Source of the DNA: Lachnospiraceae bacterium | Lineage (GTDB): Bacteria; Bacillota; Clostridia; Lachnospirales; Lachnospiraceae | Direction of reading: 5' to 3' | NCBI GenBank assembly: GCA_045627425.1 | Contig: JAZQNS010000008.1 | Coordinates: 5,775-69,774 of the forward strand | Length of the DNA stretch: 64,000 bases | Shown: one piece after another, positions 50,889 through 61,631 of the stretch | How the letters are laid out: each line of letters begins with the position of its first letter | Position numbering within the stretch: position 1 is the first letter of the stretch | Translations under genes and position numbers: made by a program | The notes under the pieces: generated by a model | Told to the model about the DNA's origin: nothing | Seen by the model: the letters and a program-made list of their open reading frames with translations, nothing else | Databases searched by the model: none

Positions 50889-51890
50889 TTATTTAGTATT
50901 AAGATAGCTGCAATACTCCTTAAAAACCTTAAAAAAGTCTCCTTCTGAGCTCCCCGTAAACTCTCTCAAGCTTGTCTCATTCCATAAGGTATAATTGAAG
51001 GTTGAATTAAGTTCTGCTTTAAACTCCTCATAGACATCGCCGAAGGAAACCTCCGCCCTGTTCTTCAGAATAGTCTCCTTGTTAGCCTCTGTAAGTTCTC
51101 TGTCTATTTTGCTGACAACTCTGTAATAATAGTATCTGTTACCCTCCTCAATGAGGCTTGATATGTCACCATCATCAAGAGCTGACAGAGCAGCCACTTC
51201 TATGGCTGTCATATCCTGCTTATATAACCTGTACTCGGCAACTGATACCTTGCTGTAATATCCGGCAACCTGTTCAAAATCATCCCCGGCCTCAAGTCTC
51301 TCTGTCACCTTTCCGGCATCCTCTTCTGTATCCACCACGATTCTCTGGACTATCATTACCCTGGCATCATCATCGCTAATCTCCTCATCTATACCTCCTG
51401 TGAGATTAACATAAAGCTTGGTGGCCAGCGCATACTGTTCGAAAAGCTCCTCAAGTTTACTACTGCTTAATCCAATGTATGAAGCTTCCTCTTTGCTGAG
51501 ACTCTTTTCATACTGTGCTGCCGCCTTATCTGCATCCGCCTTCTCAGACTCCGTGAGTTCAACCATTGACTCTTTTGCCAGCTGGTCCATAGTAACCATT
51601 CTGGCTAAGGAGCTCAGGGTAACCTCCTTTACGTAGTCCTCAAGGCTTCCATTTCCCTTGTCATCATTCCAGACAGATGGATCTAAGGTCTCTCCATACT
51701 CCTTGTAATAGCTAAGGAGAAATACCTTGGCAAAACCAATATCACACTTCTCTTCTCCTATCTGAAAGAGAGATGATGTGTTAAGGTTCTGGGTCCACAT
51801 AACATGATAGGAACCCATGCTGCAGGCTGTGAGGGATACTGCCATCGCCGCGGAAATAATGCCCAGCAATACTCTCTTATATATTTTCAT
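50889..51890 (-). CDS. PrsA/SurA-like lipoprotein (degenerate parvulin-type PPIase domain)
   Basis: The ATG at 51890 gives MKIYKRVLLGIISAAMAVSLTAC, with a lipobox. The central region (ARVMIVQRIVVDTEEDAGKVTERLEAGDDFEQVA...) resembles a PpiC domain. The longer TTG-initiated ORF is unlikely. Confidence 0.55.
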   Translation of the reverse strand: MKIYKRVLLGIISAAMAVSLTACSMGSYHVMWTQNLNTSSLFQIGEEKCDIGFAKVFLLSYYKEYGETLDPSVWNDDKGNGSLEDYVKEVTLSSLARMVTMDQLAKESMVELTESEKADADKAAAQYEKSLSKEEASYIGLSSSKLEELFEQYALATKLYVNLTGGIDEEISDDDARVMIVQRIVVDTEEDAGKVTERLEAGDDFEQVAGYYSKVSVAEYRLYKQDMTAIEVAALSALDDGDISSLIEEGNRYYYYRVVSKIDRELTEANKETILKNRAEVSFGDVYEEFKAELNSTFNYTLWNETSLREFTGSSEGDFFKVFKEYCSYLNTK

Positions 51891-51891
51891 A

Positions 51892-52155
51892 TTATCCTTC
51901 CACAACTAAAAATCTGCCATTGCTAAGAGGAAAAACCTCTGCTTCCTGCAGGAGTTCTTCGTCGTCTATACCAATTACATCCATTCCCGCTTCATCGAAG
52001 TAGTCGCGAAGCTCTTTTATAGAGTCAACCACCACCGCCATACAGTCAATAAGGAATTCATCAGCATCCTCAAAGGTCTCAAATTCCTTTCTTCCGATAA
52101 GCTTCTCCTGGTTATTAATAAAGGTCTCTAGGCACTCATTATCATATGTATACAT
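51892..52155 (-). CDS. small, highly acidic hypothetical protein (87 aa)
   Basis: The RBS GGGAGG lies 8 nt before the ATG at 52155. About 30% of residues are Asp or Glu. The gene is 43 nt downstream of addA and 1 nt upstream of the lipoprotein gene. Confidence 0.55.
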   Translation of the reverse strand: MYTYDNECLETFINNQEKLIGRKEFETFEDADEFLIDCMAVVVDSIKELRDYFDEAGMDVIGIDDEELLQEAEVFPLSNGRFLVVEG

Positions 52156-52198
52156 TCCCAAAACCTCCCTTATGTTTTATTCTTTATTATACCTATTT

Positions 52199-55100
52199 TT
52201 ACAAGTTTACGTCAATGCTTTGGGATAGGGCAAAGGAGTATAAAACAATGCGTTTTACAGGTTTTTTCGACCATCTGGAAATGGCCATTGAATATAGCTC
52301 CATCTGCTTTTTATATCTTCCAACAAGTTCATCTCCAGAAGAGACTCTGTCAGTCTTATAATCCAGTAGCATATAGCCATCCTCATAAGGCATAAAGACA
52401 TCAATAATACCCTGGGTAAGTATCTCGTCCTCGGTATCCATGTCAATACCTGCTGTGTGGGGATCAATACTCATGACAAAAGGCTGCTCCTTCTTAAGTT
52501 CTCCTCTTTTAGCTACCTCTCTCATAAGGCTTGCTATATCAGAGTTTAAAAAGCCTTCCATTTTGCCTAGAGAGATTAGCTCTCTATAGTCTGCTGGCAT
52601 TAAGCCTTTTAAAGTCATCCTCTCAAGTTCGGAAGCTATATAGTCCTTCTCCACTTTCTCTGGCAAAATCGCAAAGTCGAGACACTCTAAGAATCTATGG
52701 GTAGCTGTACCCCTTAAGGCACCAAGGTTCTCTGATACCTCTCCACCCATAAACCTTGGAAGAAGCTTGTCATCTTCCTCCTTCAGGAAGGAAGCCTTCT
52801 CCTCCTCTTCCTTGTCCCCGTAGAAGTCCTCCATAAAAGCATGCTTTATCTCAGAGACAGAGACCTTGTTCTTTAAGCTTAATTCCTGCTCATGGTGATA
52901 TGTTCCAGCAAATCTCTTTAAAACCAGGCTCTCATCTATTTCTTCTTCCATTATGGAAAATATATCCTGGCTTCCCTTTACAAGGCTCTCAACAGAGTCC
53001 ATTTCCTGCTTAAGAAGCTCGGAATCAACCTCCTCATAGCTTAATGTTTCTATAGAAAAAACATCCTGCATCTTGTCAGCATTCTTAGCTATAGCTGGCA
53101 GCATAAAATCCAGGTATCTGTTTACAGTAGCCTTGTCCGGAAGTGGAAGTAATCCATTTTTGTCAAGTTTTGCCTTAGCTTGTCCCAGGAAATCTCCGCC
53201 ACATTTATGGCTGCCTATAAGATAGAGCTTCTCCTTTGCTCTCGTAAGCTGAACATATAAAACCCTAAGTTTCTCAGCCTGCTCCTCTAAATGCTCGAAC
53301 CTTTCAATTGCCTGCTGGCCAATGTTTTCGTATTTTCTTCTGCCGTCAAGGTCAACGGAAGGCAGGGCTATTCCAAGGGATTTGTGTATCTTAATATCTG
53401 ACTTTTCCCCGTCCTGAGTGTATCTGTCTCCTAACTGAATACAGAAAACAATCGGAAACTCAAGGCCCTTGCTCTTATGTATGGTCATTAAGGAAACCTG
53501 GCTCCCCGTGGCCTGCTCATGACCTGGGGCCGCATCCATCTTATATTCCTTAAGCTGGCTTAAGTAGTATAGGAACTGAAAGAGACCATGATAGGATGTC
53601 TTTTCATAATCTATAGCCTTCTCAACGAGAATGTCGAGATTCTGCCTTCTGACAACTCCTCCAGGCATCATGGATACATAGTCATAGTAGCCTGTCCTTG
53701 TGTATATATAACTGATCAATTCATGCACAGAAAGGGTTTTGGCCTTTCCTGAGAGATCAAGAAGAAGGTCATTAAAGCTATTGATCTTTTTAATTATCTC
53801 AGCATTATCGGACAAGTCCTCGCAGTCAATTACCGCATCATAGAGGCTCCCCTCGGAAAGGCTTCTTAAAATGCCAAGTTCCTCGAAGCTAAGGCCCACT
53901 ATTGGTGATAATAGCACGGTGGCAAGAGCCAAATCCTGCCTGTTGTTATCAATAATTGATAGCAGAGCCCTCATGGTCTTAAACTCTCTGGTGTCGAAAT
54001 ATCCAGTTCCCTCTATGGTATCAACCGGAATGCCAAACTGTCCCAGATAGTCAATTATCTCATCATTTTTGGTTTTCTTCCTGACAAGAATTGCCATATC
54101 AGAATACTGAACGGGTCTGTAATCTCCCCTGGCAAAATCATAGACCCTGCCGCTCTTCATAAGCTCTTTTATCTTGGCAGCAAGAATCATACATTCATAT
54201 TGAAGAGGTTTAACCTTCTTTTCGGTTGCCTCCTGGTAGCTCTTCTTACTGTCATCATCAAGAAGAATAAGCTCAACCTTAAAATCTTCATCATGACTCC
54301 TGTCATATGAGGCTCCGTACTTTAAAGAGCAGGAATCATCGTAGTTAATTCCGCCTAAATCCTCCTTCATAACAGTCTCAAAGACCATATTGGTAAATCT
54401 AAGGATCTGCTCTCTTGATCTAAAGTTCTTATCAAGAGATATTTTCTGGCTCTGGCTCTCATCATCTGTGTAGGAATTAAGCTTCTCCACAAAGAGACCA
54501 GGCTCAGCATTTCTAAAACGGTAGATAGACTGTTTAACGTCACCTACCATGAAAATGTTGTTTTTGCCTTCCTGGCAGGTAGATATGGCAGTGAGCATGG
54601 CCTCCTGTACTCTGTTGGAGTCCTGATACTCATCTATCATTATTTCCTTAAAGTTCTTTCTATAGTTTCTTGCAATATCTGTGCAATTTCCCTCCCTGTC
54701 ATATAAAAGCCCTAAGGTCATGTGCTCCATGTCATTGAAGTCAATAACATTCTTCTCAATCTTGGCATCACCATAAAGCCTCATAAACTTCTTTGTGAGG
54801 TCGACATATACCTTTATGTACTTATACAGACCAAAATACTCCCTCTTCTGGTCCAAAACGGAAATAAGCATATATGCAGGTTTTTTATTATTTACTGAAA
54901 TAAACTCTCTTGCAGCAGTACGCTTAGCCTTGCAGGCATCATAAATACACTTCTCATACTCACTTAAACCGGCAACCTTAGGTCTCTTATGAGTCACATC
55001 AACCAGGCAGGTGGACTGCTTATCTATTAGTTCTCCCAGGCTGTCAGAATTTAGTAATTCATCAATTACACTTACAACGTCCCTGTATTCAGCCACCACA

Positions 55101-55822
55101 TCATCATTGAAGGGAAGGTCATTTAACTGGTCAATGCACCATAATAGGTTTTCTCTGTGGCCTTTAAGGGTTAGAAGGTAATCCTCCTTTAAGAGATTAA
55201 AAAGCTCTGGCTCCTCGTTTCCCGTCACATCATAAAGCTTTAGGCATCTGTCTAAAAAGGCCTCTGGATCCCTGTCATTGTTAGCCATATTGTAGAGTCT
55301 CTCTATCATGGTAACAATTGCATCATCACCCTTCTCATCTCCATAGGCCTCGACAAAATCTATAAAATCCGGGTCGGAATTCTCGTAGGCTTCCTCTAAG
55401 AGAGCTTCGTAGCACTCTTCCTTAAGGAGCTTCTGCTCGTTTTCATCAAGATTCCTAAAGCCCGGAAGAAGGGGAAGCATATAGAAATGCTCCTTCATAA
55501 AGGAAAGGCAAAAGCCGTGAATTGTTGTTATTTTGGCATTATGAACAAGGCTTAACTGGGCCTGCAAATGGGCGTTGTCTGGCTCCTCCATAAGTTTCTC
55601 CTGAAAGGCCTTCTCTATTCTCTCCCTCATTTCATTGGCCGCAGCTTTGGTGAAGGTCACTATAAGAAACTCGTCAATGTTAACTGGATTAGCCTTGTCC
55701 AAAACCATCTCAAGGATTCTCTTAACCAGAACTGCCGTTTTTCCTGATCCTGCAGCTGCAGACACAAGGAGATTTCCCTCTCTCTTATCTATTACTCTCT
55801 GCTGTTCATCTGTATATTTCAA
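52199..55822 (-). CDS. addA: helicase-exonuclease AddAB, subunit AddA
   Basis: It has a UvrD-like helicase (AAAGSGKT, DEYQD) and a C-terminal PD-(D/E)xK nuclease (GIIDVF...LLDYKTD). The TTG start has an AGGAGAG RBS. Confidence 0.93.
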   Translation of the reverse strand: MKYTDEQQRVIDKREGNLLVSAAAGSGKTAVLVKRILEMVLDKANPVNIDEFLIVTFTKAAANEMRERIEKAFQEKLMEEPDNAHLQAQLSLVHNAKITTIHGFCLSFMKEHFYMLPLLPGFRNLDENEQKLLKEECYEALLEEAYENSDPDFIDFVEAYGDEKGDDAIVTMIERLYNMANNDRDPEAFLDRCLKLYDVTGNEEPELFNLLKEDYLLTLKGHRENLLWCIDQLNDLPFNDDVVAEYRDVVSVIDELLNSDSLGELIDKQSTCLVDVTHKRPKVAGLSEYEKCIYDACKAKRTAAREFISVNNKKPAYMLISVLDQKREYFGLYKYIKVYVDLTKKFMRLYGDAKIEKNVIDFNDMEHMTLGLLYDREGNCTDIARNYRKNFKEIMIDEYQDSNRVQEAMLTAISTCQEGKNNIFMVGDVKQSIYRFRNAEPGLFVEKLNSYTDDESQSQKISLDKNFRSREQILRFTNMVFETVMKEDLGGINYDDSCSLKYGASYDRSHDEDFKVELILLDDDSKKSYQEATEKKVKPLQYECMILAAKIKELMKSGRVYDFARGDYRPVQYSDMAILVRKKTKNDEIIDYLGQFGIPVDTIEGTGYFDTREFKTMRALLSIIDNNRQDLALATVLLSPIVGLSFEELGILRSLSEGSLYDAVIDCEDLSDNAEIIKKINSFNDLLLDLSGKAKTLSVHELISYIYTRTGYYDYVSMMPGGVVRRQNLDILVEKAIDYEKTSYHGLFQFLYYLSQLKEYKMDAAPGHEQATGSQVSLMTIHKSKGLEFPIVFCIQLGDRYTQDGEKSDIKIHKSLGIALPSVDLDGRRKYENIGQQAIERFEHLEEQAEKLRVLYVQLTRAKEKLYLIGSHKCGGDFLGQAKAKLDKNGLLPLPDKATVNRYLDFMLPAIAKNADKMQDVFSIETLSYEEVDSELLKQEMDSVESLVKGSQDIFSIMEEEIDESLVLKRFAGTYHHEQELSLKNKVSVSEIKHAFMEDFYGDKEEEEKASFLKEEDDKLLPRFMGGEVSENLGALRGTATHRFLECLDFAILPEKVEKDYIASELERMTLKGLMPADYRELISLGKMEGFLNSDIASLMREVAKRGELKKEQPFVMSIDPHTAGIDMDTEDEILTQGIIDVFMPYEDGYMLLDYKTDRVSSGDELVGRYKKQMELYSMAISRWSKKPVKRIVLYSFALSQSIDVNL

Positions 55823-55832
55823 AGTTGCTCTC

Positions 55833-58800
55833 CTAATCTTCCGCTAATAATATAGCCTTGGCCTCGGTGTTAGACATGGTTACAGTTTTTTCGTAACCAT
55901 CAATATTCTTGTCTATACCACAAAGGGCTGAATAATCACAGTACTCACACTCTGAAAAGCTTCCGCTTTTATGTTCTCTGGCAAAAACTCTTCCAGAAAC
56001 CATTTCATTTCCAAGTTCCAGTATCTTGTCACGATTTCTCTGCCTCAGGGTTTCAAGGGTGTCATGTGATACTTCTATATGTCCCTTCATATAGTTTTCC
56101 ACAGAATCGCCAATTCCCTTATAGTTTAACTCTGTAAGAAGGTCCCTGTCCCTAAGACTGACAAGCTCATCCTCAGAAAGCTGGCCTCCTTCATTTTCAG
56201 CGCCAAGCTTTCCAGGCAAAAGAGGATCTCTCATTCCGAAATATAAAGCCCCTTCGCAATAGAAGTCATTCTCTTCATAGCTCTTCTTTAGAATTTCCTC
56301 AGCTCCATCAAGATAGGTCAAAAGCTGAAGGGCAGTTCCATCCAGAATCCCCCCTAACATAAAGTCCTTGGCCTTAGACTTATAATCTATGACTCTGTAT
56401 CTACCACCTTCCTTATCAAGGTCGATTCTGTCTATTTTGCCCTTTAATTCCATGGTGAAACCATTGGACAGCTCTATTCCCTCTCCCTCTTCATTTCTAA
56501 TGTAGAAGGTCTTTTCAAAAAGACTTGGTTCAAAGGATGACTCCTTTAGCTGTCTGTTAAGGGCCCAGGTAGTCCTCTTCATAACCCTGATCATTCTGTT
56601 AATCTGATACTCTGTTCTCTTATTCTCATATAGGGTATAGGGAGCCTTATCAGCTGATAGTTTTAGCACCAGTTCAGTAACTAACTCCTCCCTTATATCA
56701 TCAGGAACAGTCTTATAGTCAAAACCACGTTCCGAAAGCTCTCTTCCGTAGTTTTCAAGAACACCATGGTAAATTGTTCCCCTGTCAATAGGTGAAAAGC
56801 CTCCCATTTCGCGCTCACTTACCTTTATTCCGTATTCAAGATAATGCTTCATCGGGCAGGCAGCAAAGGTCTCTAAGCGACTTACAGAAAGCTTTATTTT
56901 GTCGCTGTAAAGCTTTCTCAGAAGCTCTGTGCTTATAACTTCATTAGGTCCACAGGTTTCCCTGGCCTTAACTAATTCACAGAGTCTGTCCTTAAATTCC
57001 GGATCATGGGCAAAATAGCTGACTAAAGCCCTGTCCTCCTGACTTAGTTCCCCTCTGTCGGACATAGCTTTTATCAGGTGAGTCATGGCCTGGTCCCTGG
57101 ACATAAGGTCATCCTTATAATCCTCCTCCATGGCTCTGAGACTACCATCTGTAAAGAGTCTCTCAAGGGTTCCCACAAGATATGAAGGGTTTAGTTTTTT
57201 GCCCGACATATCATAGTTTGAGTAACTCACATATAACTGTTCTGAGGGCTTACAAAGAACCATATAGAGATAGAATCTCTGAACAAAGATTCTGTCCCTC
57301 ACACTCATTGCAAGTTCAATATCACATTTTTCAAGGAATTCCCTCTCCTTGTCTGTAAGACACATGTTGCCTGTGGATGCCTTAGGGATTATTCCCTCAT
57401 TAACTCCAAGGAAGAAAAGCACTTTTATATGCTCTAATCTGCTTCTGTCGATATCGCCAAGAATAACCTGGTCTCTTCCCATAGGAATGGAGGAAAGCTT
57501 AAGGCTCATAATACCAGCCTCAAGAATTTCCTTAAATTCCTTTATATCCATCTCCTCGTCTCCGAGAAGATCTGCATACTTCTCAAAGAGGTCAATGATG
57601 GCCTCATAAATCTTCTTATATTCAATCTGCTTCTTATAGAAGCCTTCTTTCTCCGCATAGCTGCTGAAAGCTGCCATTTTGTCTCGGACATTAAGGCTCT
57701 CCATGAGATTATATATTGCCTTTATGCGGTTTATGCACTGCCTGTCCTTCATAGCCTCGTTAAATGGGCCTATTATTTCAGCTATGTAGCCTCTTATTCT
57801 GTTAACCTCAAAAAGGGAATCCTGGTCCCTAAAGTCTCTTGTTTTATTGACAAAAGGAACAGACAGCTTCTTATAGCCTCTTATTTTGGCTGCCAGATAA
57901 TAATTCTCCAGTAAAGCTATCTCCTGACCCTCAAGGTCGAAAAGACCTGACTTTAGAAGTCTGAAGAGAGACTCATAATTATAGTCGTAAATAATGCACT
58001 CAAGGGCAGATAAAATGAACTCTACAAGAGGGTCGAAGGTCACTGGCTCCTTCTGATCCAGATAAAGAGGAATTCCCGCCTCCTTAAAGGCCAACACTCC
58101 CTGATCTCCATAGGTTTTTAAATCTCCTGTAACTATGGCAAAATCCTTGTATCTGTATCCCTCAGACACCAAGGTTTTAATTCTTCTTGCGACGAAACGA
58201 AGCTCTTCCCTAGGATTCGCAAAATCCATAAGCTTAATCTGTCCAGAAGAAGAAACCTGGCTTAGGGGTCTGCTTCTAAAGAGATTTTCCTCAAGATGGG
58301 CTAAGTCACAGGCCTCCTTAAACCTTCTTTCAGACGGCATAGGCAAAATCTCCTCCAGAAGCTCTACCTGATTCCTGTCACAGATCTTTTTAACCTGATC
58401 GCGGTACTTCTTGCTGAGATAAAAGAGCTCTTGCTTGCCCTTTAGGACAGCATCAACCTCATTCCTGTCAAGGAGAATGGTCACATAAAGGTCCTCCGCC
58501 ATGGTGACAATGGTCTCAAAAAGAAGATTCTGAATAGGAGTGAAGCCAGTGTAACCATCAAAGGCTATTACCGCATCCTTTAGAATCTTTGATTCTGATG
58601 CTATATTGTTAAGTTTTAGTAACACGGTCTCGGCTGTGACATAGGAACCTTCTATAAAGCTGTTAAAACCCTTATAGAGAATCAGAAGGTCATTAAGCTT
58701 ATACTTAAATAGCCCCTCCTCCTCAGCATTTACAATCTTTTCAAGGTCCTCAGCCTGTATATTGTACTGGGAAAACTCTGTAATAATTGATTTAAGCTGA

Positions 58801-59159
58801 TCGAGACTGCCTGGTCTGTTAATCTGATTCTTTAATACCCTAAGTTCATCCTCGTGCTCAGACACAACCTTACGAAGGACTAAGGTTTTGCCTATATCCT
58901 TTAAAACTGTAAGGTCAGTTACTCCAAGCTCGTCAAAAACACGATAAGCGAGACGTTCAAAGGAAAGAACATCGATATTCATTATGCAATGACTGTCTGA
59001 TCTCTCCACAAACTCCCGCTGTGTGCTCATGGTAAACTGCTCCGGAACCAGAACCAAATACTGCTTCTCCGGATTTTTTACCGCTTCTTTAATTATATGG
59101 TCATACAGGCAGCTGGATTTACCGCTGCCTGCATTTCCGAATAAGTATTTTAAAGCCAT
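55833..59159 (-). CDS. addB: helicase-exonuclease AddAB, subunit AddB
   Basis: Walker A GNAGSGKS is present. The C-terminal nuclease has DYK plus Fe-S Cys ligands (AACPMKHY ... CEYCDYSALC). It lies directly upstream of addA. Confidence 0.92.
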   Translation of the reverse strand: MALKYLFGNAGSGKSSCLYDHIIKEAVKNPEKQYLVLVPEQFTMSTQREFVERSDSHCIMNIDVLSFERLAYRVFDELGVTDLTVLKDIGKTLVLRKVVSEHEDELRVLKNQINRPGSLDQLKSIITEFSQYNIQAEDLEKIVNAEEEGLFKYKLNDLLILYKGFNSFIEGSYVTAETVLLKLNNIASESKILKDAVIAFDGYTGFTPIQNLLFETIVTMAEDLYVTILLDRNEVDAVLKGKQELFYLSKKYRDQVKKICDRNQVELLEEILPMPSERRFKEACDLAHLEENLFRSRPLSQVSSSGQIKLMDFANPREELRFVARRIKTLVSEGYRYKDFAIVTGDLKTYGDQGVLAFKEAGIPLYLDQKEPVTFDPLVEFILSALECIIYDYNYESLFRLLKSGLFDLEGQEIALLENYYLAAKIRGYKKLSVPFVNKTRDFRDQDSLFEVNRIRGYIAEIIGPFNEAMKDRQCINRIKAIYNLMESLNVRDKMAAFSSYAEKEGFYKKQIEYKKIYEAIIDLFEKYADLLGDEEMDIKEFKEILEAGIMSLKLSSIPMGRDQVILGDIDRSRLEHIKVLFFLGVNEGIIPKASTGNMCLTDKEREFLEKCDIELAMSVRDRIFVQRFYLYMVLCKPSEQLYVSYSNYDMSGKKLNPSYLVGTLERLFTDGSLRAMEEDYKDDLMSRDQAMTHLIKAMSDRGELSQEDRALVSYFAHDPEFKDRLCELVKARETCGPNEVISTELLRKLYSDKIKLSVSRLETFAACPMKHYLEYGIKVSEREMGGFSPIDRGTIYHGVLENYGRELSERGFDYKTVPDDIREELVTELVLKLSADKAPYTLYENKRTEYQINRMIRVMKRTTWALNRQLKESSFEPSLFEKTFYIRNEEGEGIELSNGFTMELKGKIDRIDLDKEGGRYRVIDYKSKAKDFMLGGILDGTALQLLTYLDGAEEILKKSYEENDFYCEGALYFGMRDPLLPGKLGAENEGGQLSEDELVSLRDRDLLTELNYKGIGDSVENYMKGHIEVSHDTLETLRQRNRDKILELGNEMVSGRVFAREHKSGSFSECEYCDYSALCGIDKNIDGYEKTVTMSNTEAKAILLAED

Positions 59160-59175
59160 ACACTATCCCCATTAT

Positions 59176-60423
59176 TTATCTGTTGGCCATAAACTTCTCT
59201 ATATCATCAACTTCCTTAATGATATCCTTGCTTAATACTCTGCATCCGTCCTCAGTGATTAAGATATCATCCTCTATACGAATACCGATGCACTCTTCCT
59301 CGATGTATAAGCCTGGCTCGTTAGTGATTACACAGCCTGGGCGAAGCTTGATTCCATCTGCATGAGTTGTATCGTGAACATCTAATCCAAGGTGGTGGGA
59401 AACGCCATGCATATAGTACTTGGATAACTCGGAATCCTCCTTAATAAGACCTAATTCCTTAGCACCCTCCGCTAATACCTCTTTGCAAAGTGTGTTTAAC
59501 TCTCCCAGGGTCACACCTGGCTTGGCAGCCTCTGCTACCTTCTTGTTAGCCTTTAAAACAACCTCGTAAACAGCTCTCTGTCTGTCACTGTACTTTCCGT
59601 TTACAGGGTAGGTTCTGGTAATATCAGAACACCAGCCATCTGCCTTGGAGCCTAAGTCTAGGAGTAAGAGACTTCCGTCCTTGCACTCCATTCTGTTAGT
59701 CTCGTAGTGAAGCATGGTTCCGTTGTAACCTGATCCTGCAATAGTCTGGAAGGATGGACCAGAAGAACCAAGATACTTAATGGTTCCCTCATAGATTGCC
59801 TGTGCCTGATATTCCATCATACCTGGCTCTAATCTCTTCATAACAGCCTCGAGGCCCTGTCTTGTCATATCAATGGCTGCCTCAATTCTCTTAACCTCTT
59901 CCTCATCCTTAGCCATTCTAAGGTAAGAAGTAATATCGTAAAGGTCATACATTGGGATGGCTGGATACTTGTTCTTAAAGTCAAGTGCCTTTGTAAGGTT
60001 GAAATCTGCAGCATCATCAGGTGTATGACGATATGTGTCAAAATAGATACCCTTAATTCTTGAGGACCAGAGCATTCTATTCATAACAGAATCAAAAGCC
60101 TCTAAGAACATTACGTCATCAATTCCGCTCTCTTCCTTAGCCTCATCCTTGGTAAGTTTCTTGCCAAACCACTTCTCATCATTAGGATCTGCGTCCTCAA
60201 TGAAGAGAATAGTTCTGGTCTCCTTATCAGTTTTATCAAGAAGGAGAATCATATTGTCTCTCTCGATATCTGTAAGGTATCTGAAGTTCTTATTAACCTC
60301 AAATGGGAAGTACTCATCCTCACTTACATGAACCTCAAGTCCAGAGTATAAAACCGCTACGGTACCCTCTTTCATTTTGTCAAACACATTCTGTCTTCTC
60401 TTTAATAGTAAACTCTTCTCCAT
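59176..60423 (-). CDS. Xaa-Pro aminopeptidase (M24B)
   Basis: It has an N-terminal AMP_N-like domain and pita-bread metal ligands (DLGSKADGWCSDITRT, HGVSHHLGLDVHD, NEPGLY, IRIEDD). Confidence 0.88.
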   Translation of the reverse strand: MEKSLLLKRRQNVFDKMKEGTVAVLYSGLEVHVSEDEYFPFEVNKNFRYLTDIERDNMILLLDKTDKETRTILFIEDADPNDEKWFGKKLTKDEAKEESGIDDVMFLEAFDSVMNRMLWSSRIKGIYFDTYRHTPDDAADFNLTKALDFKNKYPAIPMYDLYDITSYLRMAKDEEEVKRIEAAIDMTRQGLEAVMKRLEPGMMEYQAQAIYEGTIKYLGSSGPSFQTIAGSGYNGTMLHYETNRMECKDGSLLLLDLGSKADGWCSDITRTYPVNGKYSDRQRAVYEVVLKANKKVAEAAKPGVTLGELNTLCKEVLAEGAKELGLIKEDSELSKYYMHGVSHHLGLDVHDTTHADGIKLRPGCVITNEPGLYIEEECIGIRIEDDILITEDGCRVLSKDIIKEVDDIEKFMANR

Positions 60424-60436
60424 TGTAAACTCCTCT

Positions 60437-60916
60437 CTAGTCCGGGTATGTAAGTCTTTCCGGTTTAATGTTAATTAAAACTTCATTCAGGTATTTCTCT
60501 GCAGTGTATTTTGCCATTGGAAGGTTCATGTCCAGGTAATTGCCACAGTCATGGGCAGAGGCTCCCGGAACCTGACTCTCAAAGTCCTTAATGAAGGTAA
60601 ACATTCTTACTAATAAATCAATAATGTCCCTAGACTGGTAGTCGCCTGCAAGTAAAAGGTAAAAACCTGTTCTGCAGCCCATTGGTCCAAAGTATATTAC
60701 TCTCTCCTTATACTCCTCATCGTTTCTAAGGAATGTGGCAGCAAGATGCTCTATTGTATGAATCTCAGCGGTATTCATAACAGGCTCGAAATTAGGCCTT
60801 GTAAGTCTTAAATCGAAGGTTGTAACGGTCTCAGCTCCTACCTTGTCCTTTCTTGATACATAGACACCTGGATAAAGACTGAGATGATTAACTGTAAAGC
60901 TTGCTATTTTCTCCAT
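60437..60916 (-). CDS. luxS: S-ribosylhomocysteine lyase LuxS
   Basis: The 159-aa ORF carries the metal motif HTIEHL and GCRTGFY. Confidence 0.95.
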   Translation of the reverse strand: MEKIASFTVNHLSLYPGVYVSRKDKVGAETVTTFDLRLTRPNFEPVMNTAEIHTIEHLAATFLRNDEEYKERVIYFGPMGCRTGFYLLLAGDYQSRDIIDLLVRMFTFIKDFESQVPGASAHDCGNYLDMNLPMAKYTAEKYLNEVLINIKPERLTYPD

Positions 60917-60925
60917 ATAAACCTC

Positions 60926-61621
60926 CTAACTAAGCATCTTGACAAGTTCCATTGTCAGTGCTGAAGAATGCTCAGCAGCCTTTTTCTCGAAGGTTGGGTA
61001 ATCCATTTCAGCAGAATCATCAGCCTTATCGGAAATTACACGAAGCACAAGAAATGGAACTTCATTTAGGTATGCTGTATGTGCAACCGCAGCCCCCTCC
61101 ATCTCACAGCATAAGGCATTGAAATGTTCTTTAATAAACTGTTTTTTAGCCTTGTCTGCTATAAACTGGTCTCCAGTTGCAACTCTTCCCTCGAAAACTT
61201 TGATATCAGGGTTTACTCTCTCACAGGCCTCTTTTGCCTTGGCTCTGAAATCAGAATCTGCCACGAAGGAGAATACATCCATCTGCGGAATCTGTCCCGC
61301 CTCATATCCGAAGGCAACTGCCTCCATATCATGCTCAACAAGATCTGTTGAAAGAACAACATCTCCAATATCTATTCTTGCATCGAGTGAACCGGCTATA
61401 CCTGTATTCATTACATAATCCGGTTTAAAGAGGTCAATTAATGACTGGGTGCAGCTTGCGGCATTTACCTTACCTACACCTGCTTTTACTATAACAACTT
61501 CCCTGTCCATTAAAAGTCCCTTATAGTATTCTCTTCCCGCATGTTTGTGGATGGTAACATTGGTCATGGCTCCCTTAAGCTCATCCACCTCAAGATCCAT
61601 TGCTCCGATTATTCCTAACAT
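60926..61621 (-). CDS. mtnN: 5'-methylthioadenosine/S-adenosylhomocysteine nucleosidase
   Basis: The 231-aa ORF shows GIIGAM, GIAGS, EMEGAAVA and RVISD. Confidence 0.93.
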   Translation of the reverse strand: MLGIIGAMDLEVDELKGAMTNVTIHKHAGREYYKGLLMDREVVIVKAGVGKVNAASCTQSLIDLFKPDYVMNTGIAGSLDARIDIGDVVLSTDLVEHDMEAVAFGYEAGQIPQMDVFSFVADSDFRAKAKEACERVNPDIKVFEGRVATGDQFIADKAKKQFIKEHFNALCCEMEGAAVAHTAYLNEVPFLVLRVISDKADDSAEMDYPTFEKKAAEHSSALTMELVKMLS

Positions 61622-61631
61622 TTATAGCTCC

